From positions 128,001 through 192,000 of the forward strand of contig JBGPIA010000001.1 of assembly GCA_041484665.1 (NCBI GenBank): DNA of 64,000 bases, in the 5' to 3' direction. Both the position numbers and the translations under genes were made by a program. Every line of letters begins with the position of its first letter. Within the stretch, counting starts at the first letter, position 1. Source of the stretch: Candidatus Krumholzibacteriia bacterium (GTDB taxonomy: Bacteria; Krumholzibacteriota; Krumholzibacteriia; JAJRXK01). The notes under the pieces are model-generated. The model was not told the origin of the DNA and searched no databases. It saw only the letters and a program-made list of their open reading frames with translations. Positions 20,545-29,796 of this stretch are shown here, in pieces.

Positions 20545-20933
20545 GGGTGGGCTCCGGCGTCGGCGCGGGCTCCGCAGGGCAAACGCCCGTCGAGCCGGGT
20601 CGCGGGCCGCACACTCAGCGCAACGGGCGACCGGTGCGACGCGATCCCGGCCAGCGCGCGACGCGTGAGGTCGGCGGTTGGATCCGCCACAGCCTCCCCA
20701 TCCGCCCTCAGGGACTCCCCGTGGAGGAGTCCCCCGCTCGGGCCCGACTGGCCCCTCATTCTGTACGTGCCCCACTCCTTCGTCGAGCGGCCGGAATCGG
20801 ACTCGCACAGTCGCACGGCGATCGAGGCCTTCGGCAGCTGGTGCTCGAGCATCGTGAGCGGCGCGAGTCCGCGCTGCTCACGAAGGCTGGCGCCGATCGG
20901 GACCCGCCGACGCTGATGATAGCTCAGGGTCAC
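20541..20933 (-). CDS. Hypothetical 130-aa protein, translationally coupled at both ends
   Basis: Start GTG overlaps the upstream TGA (GTGA, 20930-20933); stop overlaps the downstream ATG (ATGA, 20541-20544); third codon positions mostly G/C. Confidence 0.5.
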   Translation of the reverse strand: MTLSYHQRRRVPIGASLREQRGLAPLTMLEHQLPKASIAVRLCESDSGRSTKEWGTYRMRGQSGPSGGLLHGESLRADGEAVADPTADLTRRALAGIASHRSPVALSVRPATRLDGRLPCGARADAGAHP

Positions 20934-22147
20934 GGCTGTGGACTATGTGACAGATCCTCACGCGACGCGGCCACCCCGGCCTGCGCCGGACGCGGCGAGG
21001 AGAGGTAGGGTGCCGCAACCCGATCGTAGAGCGCGGCCATCCGCTGCGCGTATAGCGCGCTGGCGAACTCCCCACGCGCGCTCCGGCCCCCGGCCTCACC
21101 CATGGCCCGGCGCCTCTGCGGATCGGCCAACAGCACATCGATGGCGGCCGCGAGCGCAGGGGCATCTTCCGCGGCGACGAGCATCCCGTCCACTCCGTCG
21201 CGGATGACCTCGGGGATGCCGCCCACACGCGCGGCGATCACGGGGACGCCGCACGCCATCGCCTCGATCAGCACCCGGCCGAAGGGCTCCACCCGCGACG
21301 GGCACAGCACGAGATCGAAGGCGCCCAGCAGCTGCGCGGCGTCGCGGCGGTAGCCCGTGAACGCGACGTGCGCGGCGATCCCCAGCCCCAGGGCCATGCG
21401 CTGGAGGATTGCCGCGTACTCGCCGTGCATCTGCGTGTCCTCCCCCACCACCGCCAGACGCACAGCCCGGCCACGCTTGCGCAGCGTCGCCACCGCCTCC
21501 AGCGAAAGGTCGATGCCCTTGATCGGGATCACCTGCCCCAGCTGCCCCAGCAGCAGCTCGTCGTCGCGCACGCCCAGCTCCTGCCGCAGGGCGAGCCGCC
21601 GCTGCGGCGGCAGAGCAGGGGGCGGATCGGTACCGTCGAGGATCACGGTGGCGGCGGCCCATCCGACTTGCGCGCGCAGGGATGCGCTGTTGAACACGAC
21701 GGCATCGGCCAGCGGCAGTCCCTGCCGGCGCAGGAACCGCCGGTCGCACGCGATGCGCACGTGCACGACGCACGGCAGGCGGCATAGGCGCGCGGCCGCG
21801 ATGAACGCCGGCGCCTCCATGGGACTGTTGACGTGCACCAAGTCCACTTGGGCACGGCGCAGCGCCCGCGTGACGCGCGCGATGCGCGCAAGCAGCTTTG
21901 CCGGGCGCCGCCAGTCGAGCATCCCCCCTTCCGACCGCACGCACGGCAGCCCGCGCTCCTGCGCTTGCAGCTCCAGCTCCCCGGGCTCGGTGATCCACAG
22001 CTGCGCGGTGTAGGGAGGAGGCAAGGCCCTCGCCAGCGACAAGAAGCTCACCTCTCCACCCGTAACGCACGCCCCACGAGCCACCAGAGCCACCCGAAGC
22101 ACTGCTGCCTCGGTTGAGTCGGGGAATGCTCTCATCGTCGTGTTCAT
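20930..22147 (-). CDS. Glycosyltransferase family 4
   Basis: TGGEVS, GQVIPIKG, PSRVEPFGRVLIEAMACGVPV. Confidence 0.9.
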   Translation of the reverse strand: MNTTMRAFPDSTEAAVLRVALVARGACVTGGEVSFLSLARALPPPYTAQLWITEPGELELQAQERGLPCVRSEGGMLDWRRPAKLLARIARVTRALRRAQVDLVHVNSPMEAPAFIAAARLCRLPCVVHVRIACDRRFLRRQGLPLADAVVFNSASLRAQVGWAAATVILDGTDPPPALPPQRRLALRQELGVRDDELLLGQLGQVIPIKGIDLSLEAVATLRKRGRAVRLAVVGEDTQMHGEYAAILQRMALGLGIAAHVAFTGYRRDAAQLLGAFDLVLCPSRVEPFGRVLIEAMACGVPVIAARVGGIPEVIRDGVDGMLVAAEDAPALAAAIDVLLADPQRRRAMGEAGGRSARGEFASALYAQRMAALYDRVAAPYLSSPRPAQAGVAASREDLSHSPQP

Positions 22148-22359
22148 GGGGAGCCACCGCCGGCGATCGCCAAGGGGGAGGCCCGGGCGTGCACGCCGGG
22201 ACCGATCAGCGAATCGCGATCCTACCGCCCACCACCCCACGGCGCGCGCCCGCGGCCACAACGGGGGGCCGCCGCCGTGCGCGCCGGCGCGGCTGCGCGG
22301 CCCCGCCGCGGCTCCCGACCACGGGGGCGATTGCCTCGGCAACGCTCGGGAGCCACGCG

Positions 22360-22647
22360 CTAGCCGGATCGGATGCGGAAGCCGCTTCCGAGGTCCTCGG
22401 CGGGGGTGACCCAGTGGATCAGGACGGCATCGACACGCGAGGAGGGCGGCCCGATGTGGCACCAGGCCACCAGCGACTCCAGGGCCTCCCGCTCTCCCTG
22501 GGCCACGATGAAGACGTCTCCCGCGGGCTCATTGCGCACCCACCCGCGCAGGCACAGGCGACGGGCGGTGTCTGCCGCATGCCAACGGAATCCCACTCCC
22601 TGCACCCTGCCCCGGATCGTCAGCTCGACGCGCGCAAGGTCACCCAA
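22360..22647 (-). CDS. acyP: Acylphosphatase
   Basis: GRVQGVGFR and GWVRN motifs, 95 aa. Confidence 0.93.
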   Translation of the reverse strand: MGDLARVELTIRGRVQGVGFRWHAADTARRLCLRGWVRNEPAGDVFIVAQGEREALESLVAWCHIGPPSSRVDAVLIHWVTPAEDLGSGFRIRSG

Positions 22648-22950
22648 GAAGACCTCCCGCCTCGCCCCCGGCCGGCCCGAGCCGGAGCGGGCGCGCCGTA
22701 GAGTAGCGCCGGGCCTCCTCCAGAGCCAGACGTTGTGCGGATGAGCACAGCCCCTCTCCCAAGAGCAGGTCGCGCAAGTGGGGCTGCCTGCGGCCGGCGA
22801 CGCAAGTGCTCGGCTTCGAGCGAGGCAGCCGACGGCGGGGGATCCCGGGGTGGCGGTTGGCGGGTGGCGGCCTGGAGGCTAGACTGGTCGCCATCGCCGG
22901 GCGGCCTCGCGGCGCCATGGCAAGCGATCACCCCCGGAAGGAGGCGCGAC

Positions 22951-23763
22951 GTGGATCCCCATGCCGACACCCTCAGAGACCGCTGGGCCCTGATCCTGGG
23001 GGCGAGCAGTGGTTTCGGAGAGGCTACTGCCCGCCACCTGGCCACGCGGGGGATGCACATCTTCGGAGTCCACCTGGACCGCCGGGCCACTCTCGATCAC
23101 GTGGGAGAGGTGAAGGCTGCCATCCAGGCCGCCGGCCGTCAGGCCTTCTTCGTCAATATCAACGCGGCCGACGACGAGGCGCGCGAGCAGGCCCTCGATC
23201 AGTTCGTCGCACAGCTGGGCGAGAAGGCCCCGCGCAGCCTCAAGCTCCTGATGCACTCGCTGGCCTTCGGGACGCTGAAGCCGTATGTGGACGAGGAGGG
23301 GCGCGCCGACCTCAATCGCAAGAACCTCGAGATGACCGTGGACGTCATGGCCCACAGCCTCGTGTACTGGGCTCAGGCCATCGTCAGCCGGCGTCTGATG
23401 GGTGAAGGCGGGCGCATCTTCGCCATGACCAGCAGCGGCGGCACCCGCGCGATCCGGACCTACGGCGCCGTCTCCAGCGCGAAGGCCGCCCTCGAGAGCC
23501 ACATCCGACAGCTGGCCTACGAGCTTGCGCCGTTCGGCATCCGCGCCAACGCCATCCGCGCCGGCGTCACCGATACGCCTGCCCTGCGTAAGATCCCCGG
23601 CCACGAGCAGCTGCTGAGCGAAGCGGCGCGCAAGAACCCGACTGGCCGCCTCACGACCCCTGCGGACGTGGCAGGGGCGATCGCCGCCCTCTCCGGGCCC
23701 GGCACCGACTTCATCAACGGCAACGTGATCGGCGTCGACGGCGGCGAGGACGTCGTGGGGTAG
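22951..23763 (+). CDS. FabL/FabI-like enoyl-ACP reductase (SDR)
   Basis: GGAGG RBS + GTG, ILGASSGFG, YGAVSSAK (Yx6K enoyl-reductase spacing), GVTDTPALRKIPG. Confidence 0.8.
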   Translation: MDPHADTLRDRWALILGASSGFGEATARHLATRGMHIFGVHLDRRATLDHVGEVKAAIQAAGRQAFFVNINAADDEAREQALDQFVAQLGEKAPRSLKLLMHSLAFGTLKPYVDEEGRADLNRKNLEMTVDVMAHSLVYWAQAIVSRRLMGEGGRIFAMTSSGGTRAIRTYGAVSSAKAALESHIRQLAYELAPFGIRANAIRAGVTDTPALRKIPGHEQLLSEAARKNPTGRLTTPADVAGAIAALSGPGTDFINGNVIGVDGGEDVVG

Positions 23764-23878
23764 CGCGCAGCGCGGTCCTGCCCATTGCCGCCCAGCGCTG
23801 CCCGCGCGACGGTGCGCGGCGGCTGGGTGGCCGCGCCAGGCCGGGCGCGGAAGCTCCCGGGCGGCCCGCGCGCGCGGG

Positions 23879-24259
23879 TTACAGCGCGCGCCCCGCGAGG
23901 AACCCCAGCACGAAGCCCAGCAGCACGCTCCAGGCGATGACGCGGGCGCGCATGACCTCGACCCTCTCGCCGCGTTTGAGCGCGATGAAGGTCACGAGCC
24001 ACGTCAGCCCGTTGATCACCAGCACGAGCGGCAAAGTGATCACCTGCGCGATCACGGGCCCCACGCCCGGCACCAGAGCGATCAGCCCGACCAGGGCCGT
24101 GAACGCCTTGGTGACCAGCCCGACGATCAGCAGCACGAGGGCGACCAGGCTCTTGTCTGCCTGCAGGTGCAGCAGGACCGCGGCCAGAGCCAGCAGCAGC
24201 ACCACCAGCCCTGCCGCGCGCAGGCGCGGGTGCTGGATCAACACGTGGGTCATGCGCAT
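23879..24259 (-). CDS. Small hypothetical membrane protein
   Basis: 126 aa, about four hydrophobic segments. Confidence 0.7.
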   Translation of the reverse strand: MRMTHVLIQHPRLRAAGLVVLLLALAAVLLHLQADKSLVALVLLIVGLVTKAFTALVGLIALVPGVGPVIAQVITLPLVLVINGLTWLVTFIALKRGERVEVMRARVIAWSVLLGFVLGFLAGRAL

Positions 24260-24287
24260 GCCGCGAGCTTAGTCCGGCGAGGCCGGT

Positions 24288-24316
24288 TTGACACTGCCCA
24301 AGGCGGTTGATAGCAT
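24288..24316 (+). promoter_or_regulatory. sigma70 promoter for the aldehyde dehydrogenase operon
   Basis: TTGACA-17 nt-TAGCAT with a TG extended -10. Confidence 0.65.
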
Positions 24317-24456
24317 GCCCGTGTTGCGGCCGCGGCGCGCGGCCGTGCCCCGTGGTCCTGGCCGGTGGCCACGGCCCGCAGGCGGACCGGCGCGGCATTG
24401 CGGCTGCGCGCCACGCCGGCGACGCGATCCCACCATTCCACCACCCGAGGAAATCC

Positions 24457-25926
24457 ATGGCCGAACCCGCGACCCTGCTGGAGCGCTTCCGCCCCGGGCT
24501 CCCGTTCATCGACGGCCAGTACGTCCAGCCGCAATCCAAGGAGAGTTTCTCCTCGATCAATCCCGCGTCCGGCAAGGCGCAGTGCGAGATCGCCGCGGCC
24601 GGACCCGCCGATGTCGACCGCGCGGTGGCGGCGGCGCGCAAGGCCTTCGATGAGGGGCCTTGGGGGAAGATGGCTGCGGCCGACCGCGGGCGCCGGCTGC
24701 TGAAGCTCGCCGACCTGATCGAGGCCAACGCGCAGGAGCTGGGGCTGCTCGAAACGCTGGACACGGGCAAGACGATCTTCGATTCGAGTCGCATCGAGAT
24801 CCCCTTCGCGGCGGCGCTGTACCGCTACTTTGCCGGCTGGGCGGACAAGATCCAGGGCGCCACCCTCCCCACGCGCGCGGGGTTCGTCTATACGCTGCGG
24901 CAGCCCGTGGGCGTCGTCGGGTTGATCACGCCCTGGAACTTCCCGTTCCTGCTGGCGTCGTGGAAGCTGAGCGCGGCGCTGGCCGCCGGCTGCACGGCGC
25001 TCCTCAAGCCCGCGCAGCTCTCTAGCCTCACCGCGCTGCGCCTGGGGTACCTTCTGGCGGAGGCGGACATCCCGCCCGGCGTGGTGAACGTCCTGCCCGG
25101 GCGCGGTTCGGTGGTCGGACAGGCGATGGCGGTCCATCCTGGCATCGACAAGCTCGCCTTCACCGGATCGACCGCGGTCGGCAAGCAGCTCATGGCGCAG
25201 GCCGCCGGCAGCGTCAAGCGCATCAGCCTCGAGCTGGGCGGCAAGTCGCCCAACATCATCTTCGAGGATGCCGATCTGCAGGCCGCGCTCAAGGGTGCGT
25301 TCACCGGCATCTTCTACAACAAGGGCGAGGTCTGCGCGGCGGGCAGCCGGCTCTTGATCCAGCGCTCGATCTACGAGCCGGCGGTTGCCCAGCTGGCCGA
25401 GCGCGCCAGCGCAACCGTGGTGGGCAACCCGCTGGAGAAGACCACGCGCATGGGCCCTCTGATCAGCGACGAGCAGCTGCGCTCGGTGCTGGGTTACATC
25501 GAGGCCGGCCAGCGCGAGGGCGCGCAGCTGGTGGCGGGCGGCCAACGCATCCTGCAGGAGACCGGTGGCTACTTCGTGCAACCCACGGTGTTCACGGGCG
25601 TGCGCAACGACATGAAGATCGCCCGCGAGGAGATCTTCGGGCCGGTCGTGGCGTGCATCCCCTTCGAGGATGAGGCCGACGCGATCCGCATCGCCAACGA
25701 CACGGTGTACGGGCTGGCGGCCGGCGTCTGGACACGCAGCGTGGCGCGGGCCCACCGCGTGGCGCGCGCTCTGGCCGCCGGGACGGTGTGGATCAACACC
25801 TACAACCTCTACGACCCGTCGGCTCCCTTCGGCGGCCTCAAGCAGAGCGGGTTCGGCCGCGAGCTGGGCCAGGAAGGGCTGCTCCCGTACACCGAAACCA
25901 AGACCGTCTGGACCGACCTGGAGTAA
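24457..25926 (+). CDS. NAD-dependent aldehyde dehydrogenase
   Basis: PWNFP, FTGST, LELGGKSP, GEVCAAG (catalytic Cys), EEIFGP. Confidence 0.95.
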   Translation: MAEPATLLERFRPGLPFIDGQYVQPQSKESFSSINPASGKAQCEIAAAGPADVDRAVAAARKAFDEGPWGKMAAADRGRRLLKLADLIEANAQELGLLETLDTGKTIFDSSRIEIPFAAALYRYFAGWADKIQGATLPTRAGFVYTLRQPVGVVGLITPWNFPFLLASWKLSAALAAGCTALLKPAQLSSLTALRLGYLLAEADIPPGVVNVLPGRGSVVGQAMAVHPGIDKLAFTGSTAVGKQLMAQAAGSVKRISLELGGKSPNIIFEDADLQAALKGAFTGIFYNKGEVCAAGSRLLIQRSIYEPAVAQLAERASATVVGNPLEKTTRMGPLISDEQLRSVLGYIEAGQREGAQLVAGGQRILQETGGYFVQPTVFTGVRNDMKIAREEIFGPVVACIPFEDEADAIRIANDTVYGLAAGVWTRSVARAHRVARALAAGTVWINTYNLYDPSAPFGGLKQSGFGRELGQEGLLPYTETKTVWTDLE

Positions 25927-25966
25927 TCCCCGGGCTGCCGCAGCCCCTTGCCGCAGGGAGTCGCCG

Positions 25967-26788
25967 ATGCCGCTTGCGTTCGAGAACATCGTGTTGGAGG
26001 TCCAGGACGGCGTGGCGTGGATCACGCTCAACCGCCCCGAGCAGCTCAATGCCTTCGCCGACGAGATGCGCGAGGAGTTGCTGCAGGCCATCCTCGCCGT
26101 GCAGGAGGACGACGCCGCGCACGTGCTGGTGATCACCGGCGCGGGCCGCGCCTTCTGTGCGGGCGGGGACGTACGCACCATGGCGGCGCTCAAGGAGGAC
26201 AACGCCGGCTTCGAGCGGCTGCGGCCGCTGCTGGACGCCGGGCGGCGCGTGATCACGGTGCTGCACCAGCTCCCCAAGCCCGCCATCGCCATGGTCAACG
26301 GCGTGGCCGCAGGGGCCGGCTGCAATCTGGCCCTGGCCTGCGACCTGCGAGTTGCCAGCGACCAGGCGTCGTTCGCCGAGAGCTTCATCAGCATCGGGAT
26401 GCACCCCGACTGGGGCGGGACATTCTTCCTGCCGCGACTGGTGGGCACCGGCCGCGCGCTGGAAATGATGTGGACAGGCGAGCGCATCCACGCCGAGATG
26501 GCCGAGGAGATCGGGCTGGTGCACCAGGTCGTGCCGGCGGCGCATCTGCGCGAGCACACCGAGCGCCTCGCGCTGCGCCTGGCGCGGGCGCCGCGCACGG
26601 CGGTTCGGCTGATCAAGCTCGCCGTCTACAACAGCCTGCACTACGACCTCGAGAGCATGCTCGACTACGAGAGCGAGGCGCAGTCGCAGTGCTGGAGCTC
26701 GACCGACTCCGCCGAGGGGATCGCCGCCTTCCTGGAGAAAAGGCCTCCCCAGTTCCATCAGGGTGAGGCCGGCCGCATGGAGTCGTGA
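25967..26788 (+). CDS. Enoyl-CoA hydratase/isomerase (PaaG-like)
   Basis: LNRPEQLNA, GRAFCAGGD, NGVAAGAG, GMHPDWGG (Asp in place of the second Glu), EGIAAFLEKR. Confidence 0.88.
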   Translation: MPLAFENIVLEVQDGVAWITLNRPEQLNAFADEMREELLQAILAVQEDDAAHVLVITGAGRAFCAGGDVRTMAALKEDNAGFERLRPLLDAGRRVITVLHQLPKPAIAMVNGVAAGAGCNLALACDLRVASDQASFAESFISIGMHPDWGGTFFLPRLVGTGRALEMMWTGERIHAEMAEEIGLVHQVVPAAHLREHTERLALRLARAPRTAVRLIKLAVYNSLHYDLESMLDYESEAQSQCWSSTDSAEGIAAFLEKRPPQFHQGEAGRMES

Positions 26789-27124
26789 CGGCATCCGCCA
26801 CCGTCGGGCTCGCGCGCCTCGCAGGAACGCTCCCCTGCGAATCCTGATCGTCGCCTTGGCGACGTCTGCACGGTTCGCCCTCAGCGCATCCGCGTCCGGA
26901 CATCCCACGCTGAGCTCCCCCGAGCTCGAAGGACACGATGGGCTAAGGGTGTGGGACCCGCGCACGGCGTGGGTCGAGCTGCCATCGCGGGTCACGCAGG
27001 CGCCGGCTGGCTCGATCGTCGTGTCGGTGACCGGCATTGCCGGACGAGGGAGGCTTGTGGGCGAGGCCCGGAGGTAGTATCCTCCATGCAAGTCGCCCCT
27101 GACCCCCCACTCGGGAGGTCGAAC

Positions 27125-27898
27125 ATGCGACGTCCACTCGCGATGCGGCCGGTGATCTTGGCCGCCGCTGGGTTGTTCGCAACCCTCGCCTGCTCCTCCC
27201 CATTCTCGACCGCGTCGGCCTGGGGCCTCTACAAGGGCAACGGTCGACACCATTCCAAGGAAGCCCTGGAGGCGCTCGCGCATCCATGGCAGGCGCGGCT
27301 CAATCTGTCAGGCGGCCTCCATGGAGCCTCCGACGCGCTCGGTGATGGCTACCGGTACGTCTACCCTTACGGCTACGGCTCCTACGGGCACTTCTACAAC
27401 TACGACTTCTGGCGGCTGGGCGGCTACGTGCAGGCGGGGCTGGAAGTCCGGCTCCAGAACGGATTCAGCCTGGAGCCCTATGGGATGTTCCGCAAGGTCG
27501 ACAACACCGACAAGTCCCGGCCCGGCATGCATGGCTATGGCGCCGGTGGAGCGTTCGCTTCGATCCGCGATCATGTCGACATCGAGGCCTGGAGCGGCGG
27601 CCTCACGCTGCGCCGGTACGCCGAGCCCTGGTACGGCTCGGCCTGGTGGGGCGCCGGCGGAGGATTCGTGCACAGCAAGTCCGCACGCTGGGAGTGGAGC
27701 TACGGCTCCCCCCCGGCCTACAAGCTGGATCATCAGGACAACGCCCCCGAGGTCCACTTCGTGGTGGGCTGGGAGGCGAATATGCTGCCGTCGGCGACCA
27801 TCGGACTCGAGGTCGGCTATCGCTACACTTGGCTCGACACGTTCGACGACTTCAGCGGGCTGATTCTCGGCGCGCGTGTGGGCTTGTTGTTCCGGTAG
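27125..27898 (+). CDS. Outer-membrane beta-barrel protein
   Basis: GGGAGG RBS, signal peptide, alternating amphipathic strands, C-terminal IGLEVGYRY...GARVGLLF. Confidence 0.7.
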   Translation: MRRPLAMRPVILAAAGLFATLACSSPFSTASAWGLYKGNGRHHSKEALEALAHPWQARLNLSGGLHGASDALGDGYRYVYPYGYGSYGHFYNYDFWRLGGYVQAGLEVRLQNGFSLEPYGMFRKVDNTDKSRPGMHGYGAGGAFASIRDHVDIEAWSGGLTLRRYAEPWYGSAWWGAGGGFVHSKSARWEWSYGSPPAYKLDHQDNAPEVHFVVGWEANMLPSATIGLEVGYRYTWLDTFDDFSGLILGARVGLLFR

Positions 27899-27943
27899 GG
27901 TCGGACGCGCGCCCTCACGTGCGGCATCAGAAGGAGATGGATC

Positions 27944-28684
27944 ATGCGCCAGAGAATGATTTCGTATCCACGGGTTGCCCGGGTCAGAACGGCGGCAGCT
28001 CTGCCGATTGCCATTCTGCTCGCGGTGGTCTCGATCCGTCCTGCTGCAGCGGGCTGGAACGCAGTCTCCTCGGACGCGACGCCCGCCTCATTCCCACGGT
28101 CCGCCGAAACACGGTTGACCCTGTTGACGGGTGTTCTGGGCGCCATCGAGGACAACAACGCTCTGGGCGGTGACAAGCTTGGCCCGCTCGTGCAGCTCGG
28201 GCTGGAGCTCCCCGTCGGCGCCCAGTTCGGTCTGGACGCATACGCGGGGTTTCGGATGGTGCAAGGGCAGCAGGGGCAGGCGTCGATCCTCCCGGCAGTG
28301 GGACCTGCCGCGGGGGCGTTGTTCGGTGATGCGCAGATCGTTCGGTCGAGAGTCCAGGCCTGGAACGCAGGTGTCGGCCTGCGCCGGACGGTGGTCGGCG
28401 CGCGGCACGAGACGTACGCGAGCGTCGGGGCGGGGATCGTCTACGCACGCACCAAGCTGTCCGACGCGGTCAATGTCCCGCTCGACTTCGTCGGTGATCG
28501 CAGTCGCGTCAGCGACCAGTTCCACGACCTGGCGCCCGAGGTCCAATTCATGGCCGGCTGGAATCTGCGGGTTTCCGGGAACTCGGTCGTCGGGCTCACG
28601 GCCGGCTACCGGCATGCGTTCCTGTCTGAAGCGACCAACCTCAGTGGACTCGTCCTCGGCGTGAAGCTCGGCCGGTCGCTGTAA
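27944..28684 (+). CDS. Outer-membrane beta-barrel protein (paralog of the upstream gene)
   Basis: AAGGAG RBS, signal peptide, YASVGAG, VGLTAGYRH...LSGLVLGVKLG. Confidence 0.7.
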   Translation: MRQRMISYPRVARVRTAAALPIAILLAVVSIRPAAAGWNAVSSDATPASFPRSAETRLTLLTGVLGAIEDNNALGGDKLGPLVQLGLELPVGAQFGLDAYAGFRMVQGQQGQASILPAVGPAAGALFGDAQIVRSRVQAWNAGVGLRRTVVGARHETYASVGAGIVYARTKLSDAVNVPLDFVGDRSRVSDQFHDLAPEVQFMAGWNLRVSGNSVVGLTAGYRHAFLSEATNLSGLVLGVKLGRSL

Positions 28685-28700
28685 CGCGCGGATCGCGGCC

Positions 28701-28729
28701 GCCGTGAGCCTGATCGCAGCGCTCACGGC
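28701..28729. terminator. Hairpin between convergent genes
   Basis: GCCGTGAGC...GCTCACGGC 9-bp perfect stem just after the 28684 stop; no U tract. Confidence 0.4.
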
Positions 28730-28839
28730 AGGATTCACCTGCGAGTTGTGGCGCTGCTGGCTGGAGCCGTCCAACAAACTTCAGCGGCCCGTTCTTCGCC
28801 AGGGCCTTGGCGCTGCGTTCCAGCTCCGCAGGCGCTCCC

Positions 28840-29634
28840 CTACCGTCCCGTGAAGTTCGCTTTGCGCTTCTCCAAGTAGGCGGCGACGCCCTCGCGGGAG
28901 TCGCCGCTCTCGAACAGCCGCTGCTGCAGCTCGCGCTCGAGAGCCAGACCCTCGCCGAGCGCGGCCTCCAGCCCCGAGCACACGGCTCGCTTGATGTGCC
29001 CGACCGCCTTGCTGGCCTTGCCCGGCGGAACGAACTGGCGAGCGTACTCCAGCACCTTCTCCCACCAGCCATCGCTCTCGAAGATCTCGGTGACCAGGCC
29101 CAGCGGCTTGGCCTCGTCGAATTCCATCGTGCGACCGGTCACCAGGAGCTCGAGCGCCTTGGCCTTGCCCAGCAGCCGCGCCAGGCGCTGCGTGCCGCCC
29201 GTGCCTGGCAGCACGCCGAGGGTCACCTCCGGCAGGCCGATCTTGCCGCCGCCGCGCCGGGCAATGCGCAGATCGGCAGCCAGCGCGATCTCGAGTCCGC
29301 CGCCCACCGCATGGCCGTTGAGCGCCGCGATCACCAGCTTTGGCGTCTGCTCCAGGCGATTGAGCGTCTCGTTGGCGTGCAGGCAGAAGGAGTACTTGAA
29401 AGCAGGCGTAGCGGCGTTGAGCATCGTAATGTTGGCGCCGGCGCAGAAGAACTTCTCGCCCGCCCCGCGCAACACGATCACATGCGCACCCTCGTCCATG
29501 CGCGCCCGCAAGATCGCGTCGTCGAGCTGGCGCATCATCGGGTAGCTGTAAGTGTTGGCAGGCGGATCGTCGAGCGTGATCACGGCCAGGCCGTCGTGCG
29601 TCTCGGTGCGGATGAGGGTCTTCTGCTCGGTCAT
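28840..29634 (-). CDS. Enoyl-CoA hydratase/isomerase
   Basis: FFCAGAN, NGHAVGGGLE, GLPEVTLGVLPGTGGTQRL (both catalytic Glu); GAGGTG RBS. Confidence 0.92.
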   Translation of the reverse strand: MTEQKTLIRTETHDGLAVITLDDPPANTYSYPMMRQLDDAILRARMDEGAHVIVLRGAGEKFFCAGANITMLNAATPAFKYSFCLHANETLNRLEQTPKLVIAALNGHAVGGGLEIALAADLRIARRGGGKIGLPEVTLGVLPGTGGTQRLARLLGKAKALELLVTGRTMEFDEAKPLGLVTEIFESDGWWEKVLEYARQFVPPGKASKAVGHIKRAVCSGLEAALGEGLALERELQQRLFESGDSREGVAAYLEKRKANFTGR

Positions 29635-29796
29635 GCGTCTCACCTCGGGGAACGCGGGGAATCGCAGATGCGCGCACCGGTGCGGCCGCGGCCCCGGACT
29701 GCGCGCCGGCAGCTGGCCGCTCGCGCCGCCGCGTGGACCGCAGGCGCCGGGGCCCAGTCTAGCGGGAGCGCGGCCGTTCTGCTAGCATCCGCCGCC

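Noticed and set aside
24250..26616. 788-aa minus-strand ORF and similar long antisense ORFs (e.g. 1978-3603, 19201-20916, 42033-43886, 59712-61352)
   Set aside because: Each lies opposite a well-supported gene and has no domain motifs.
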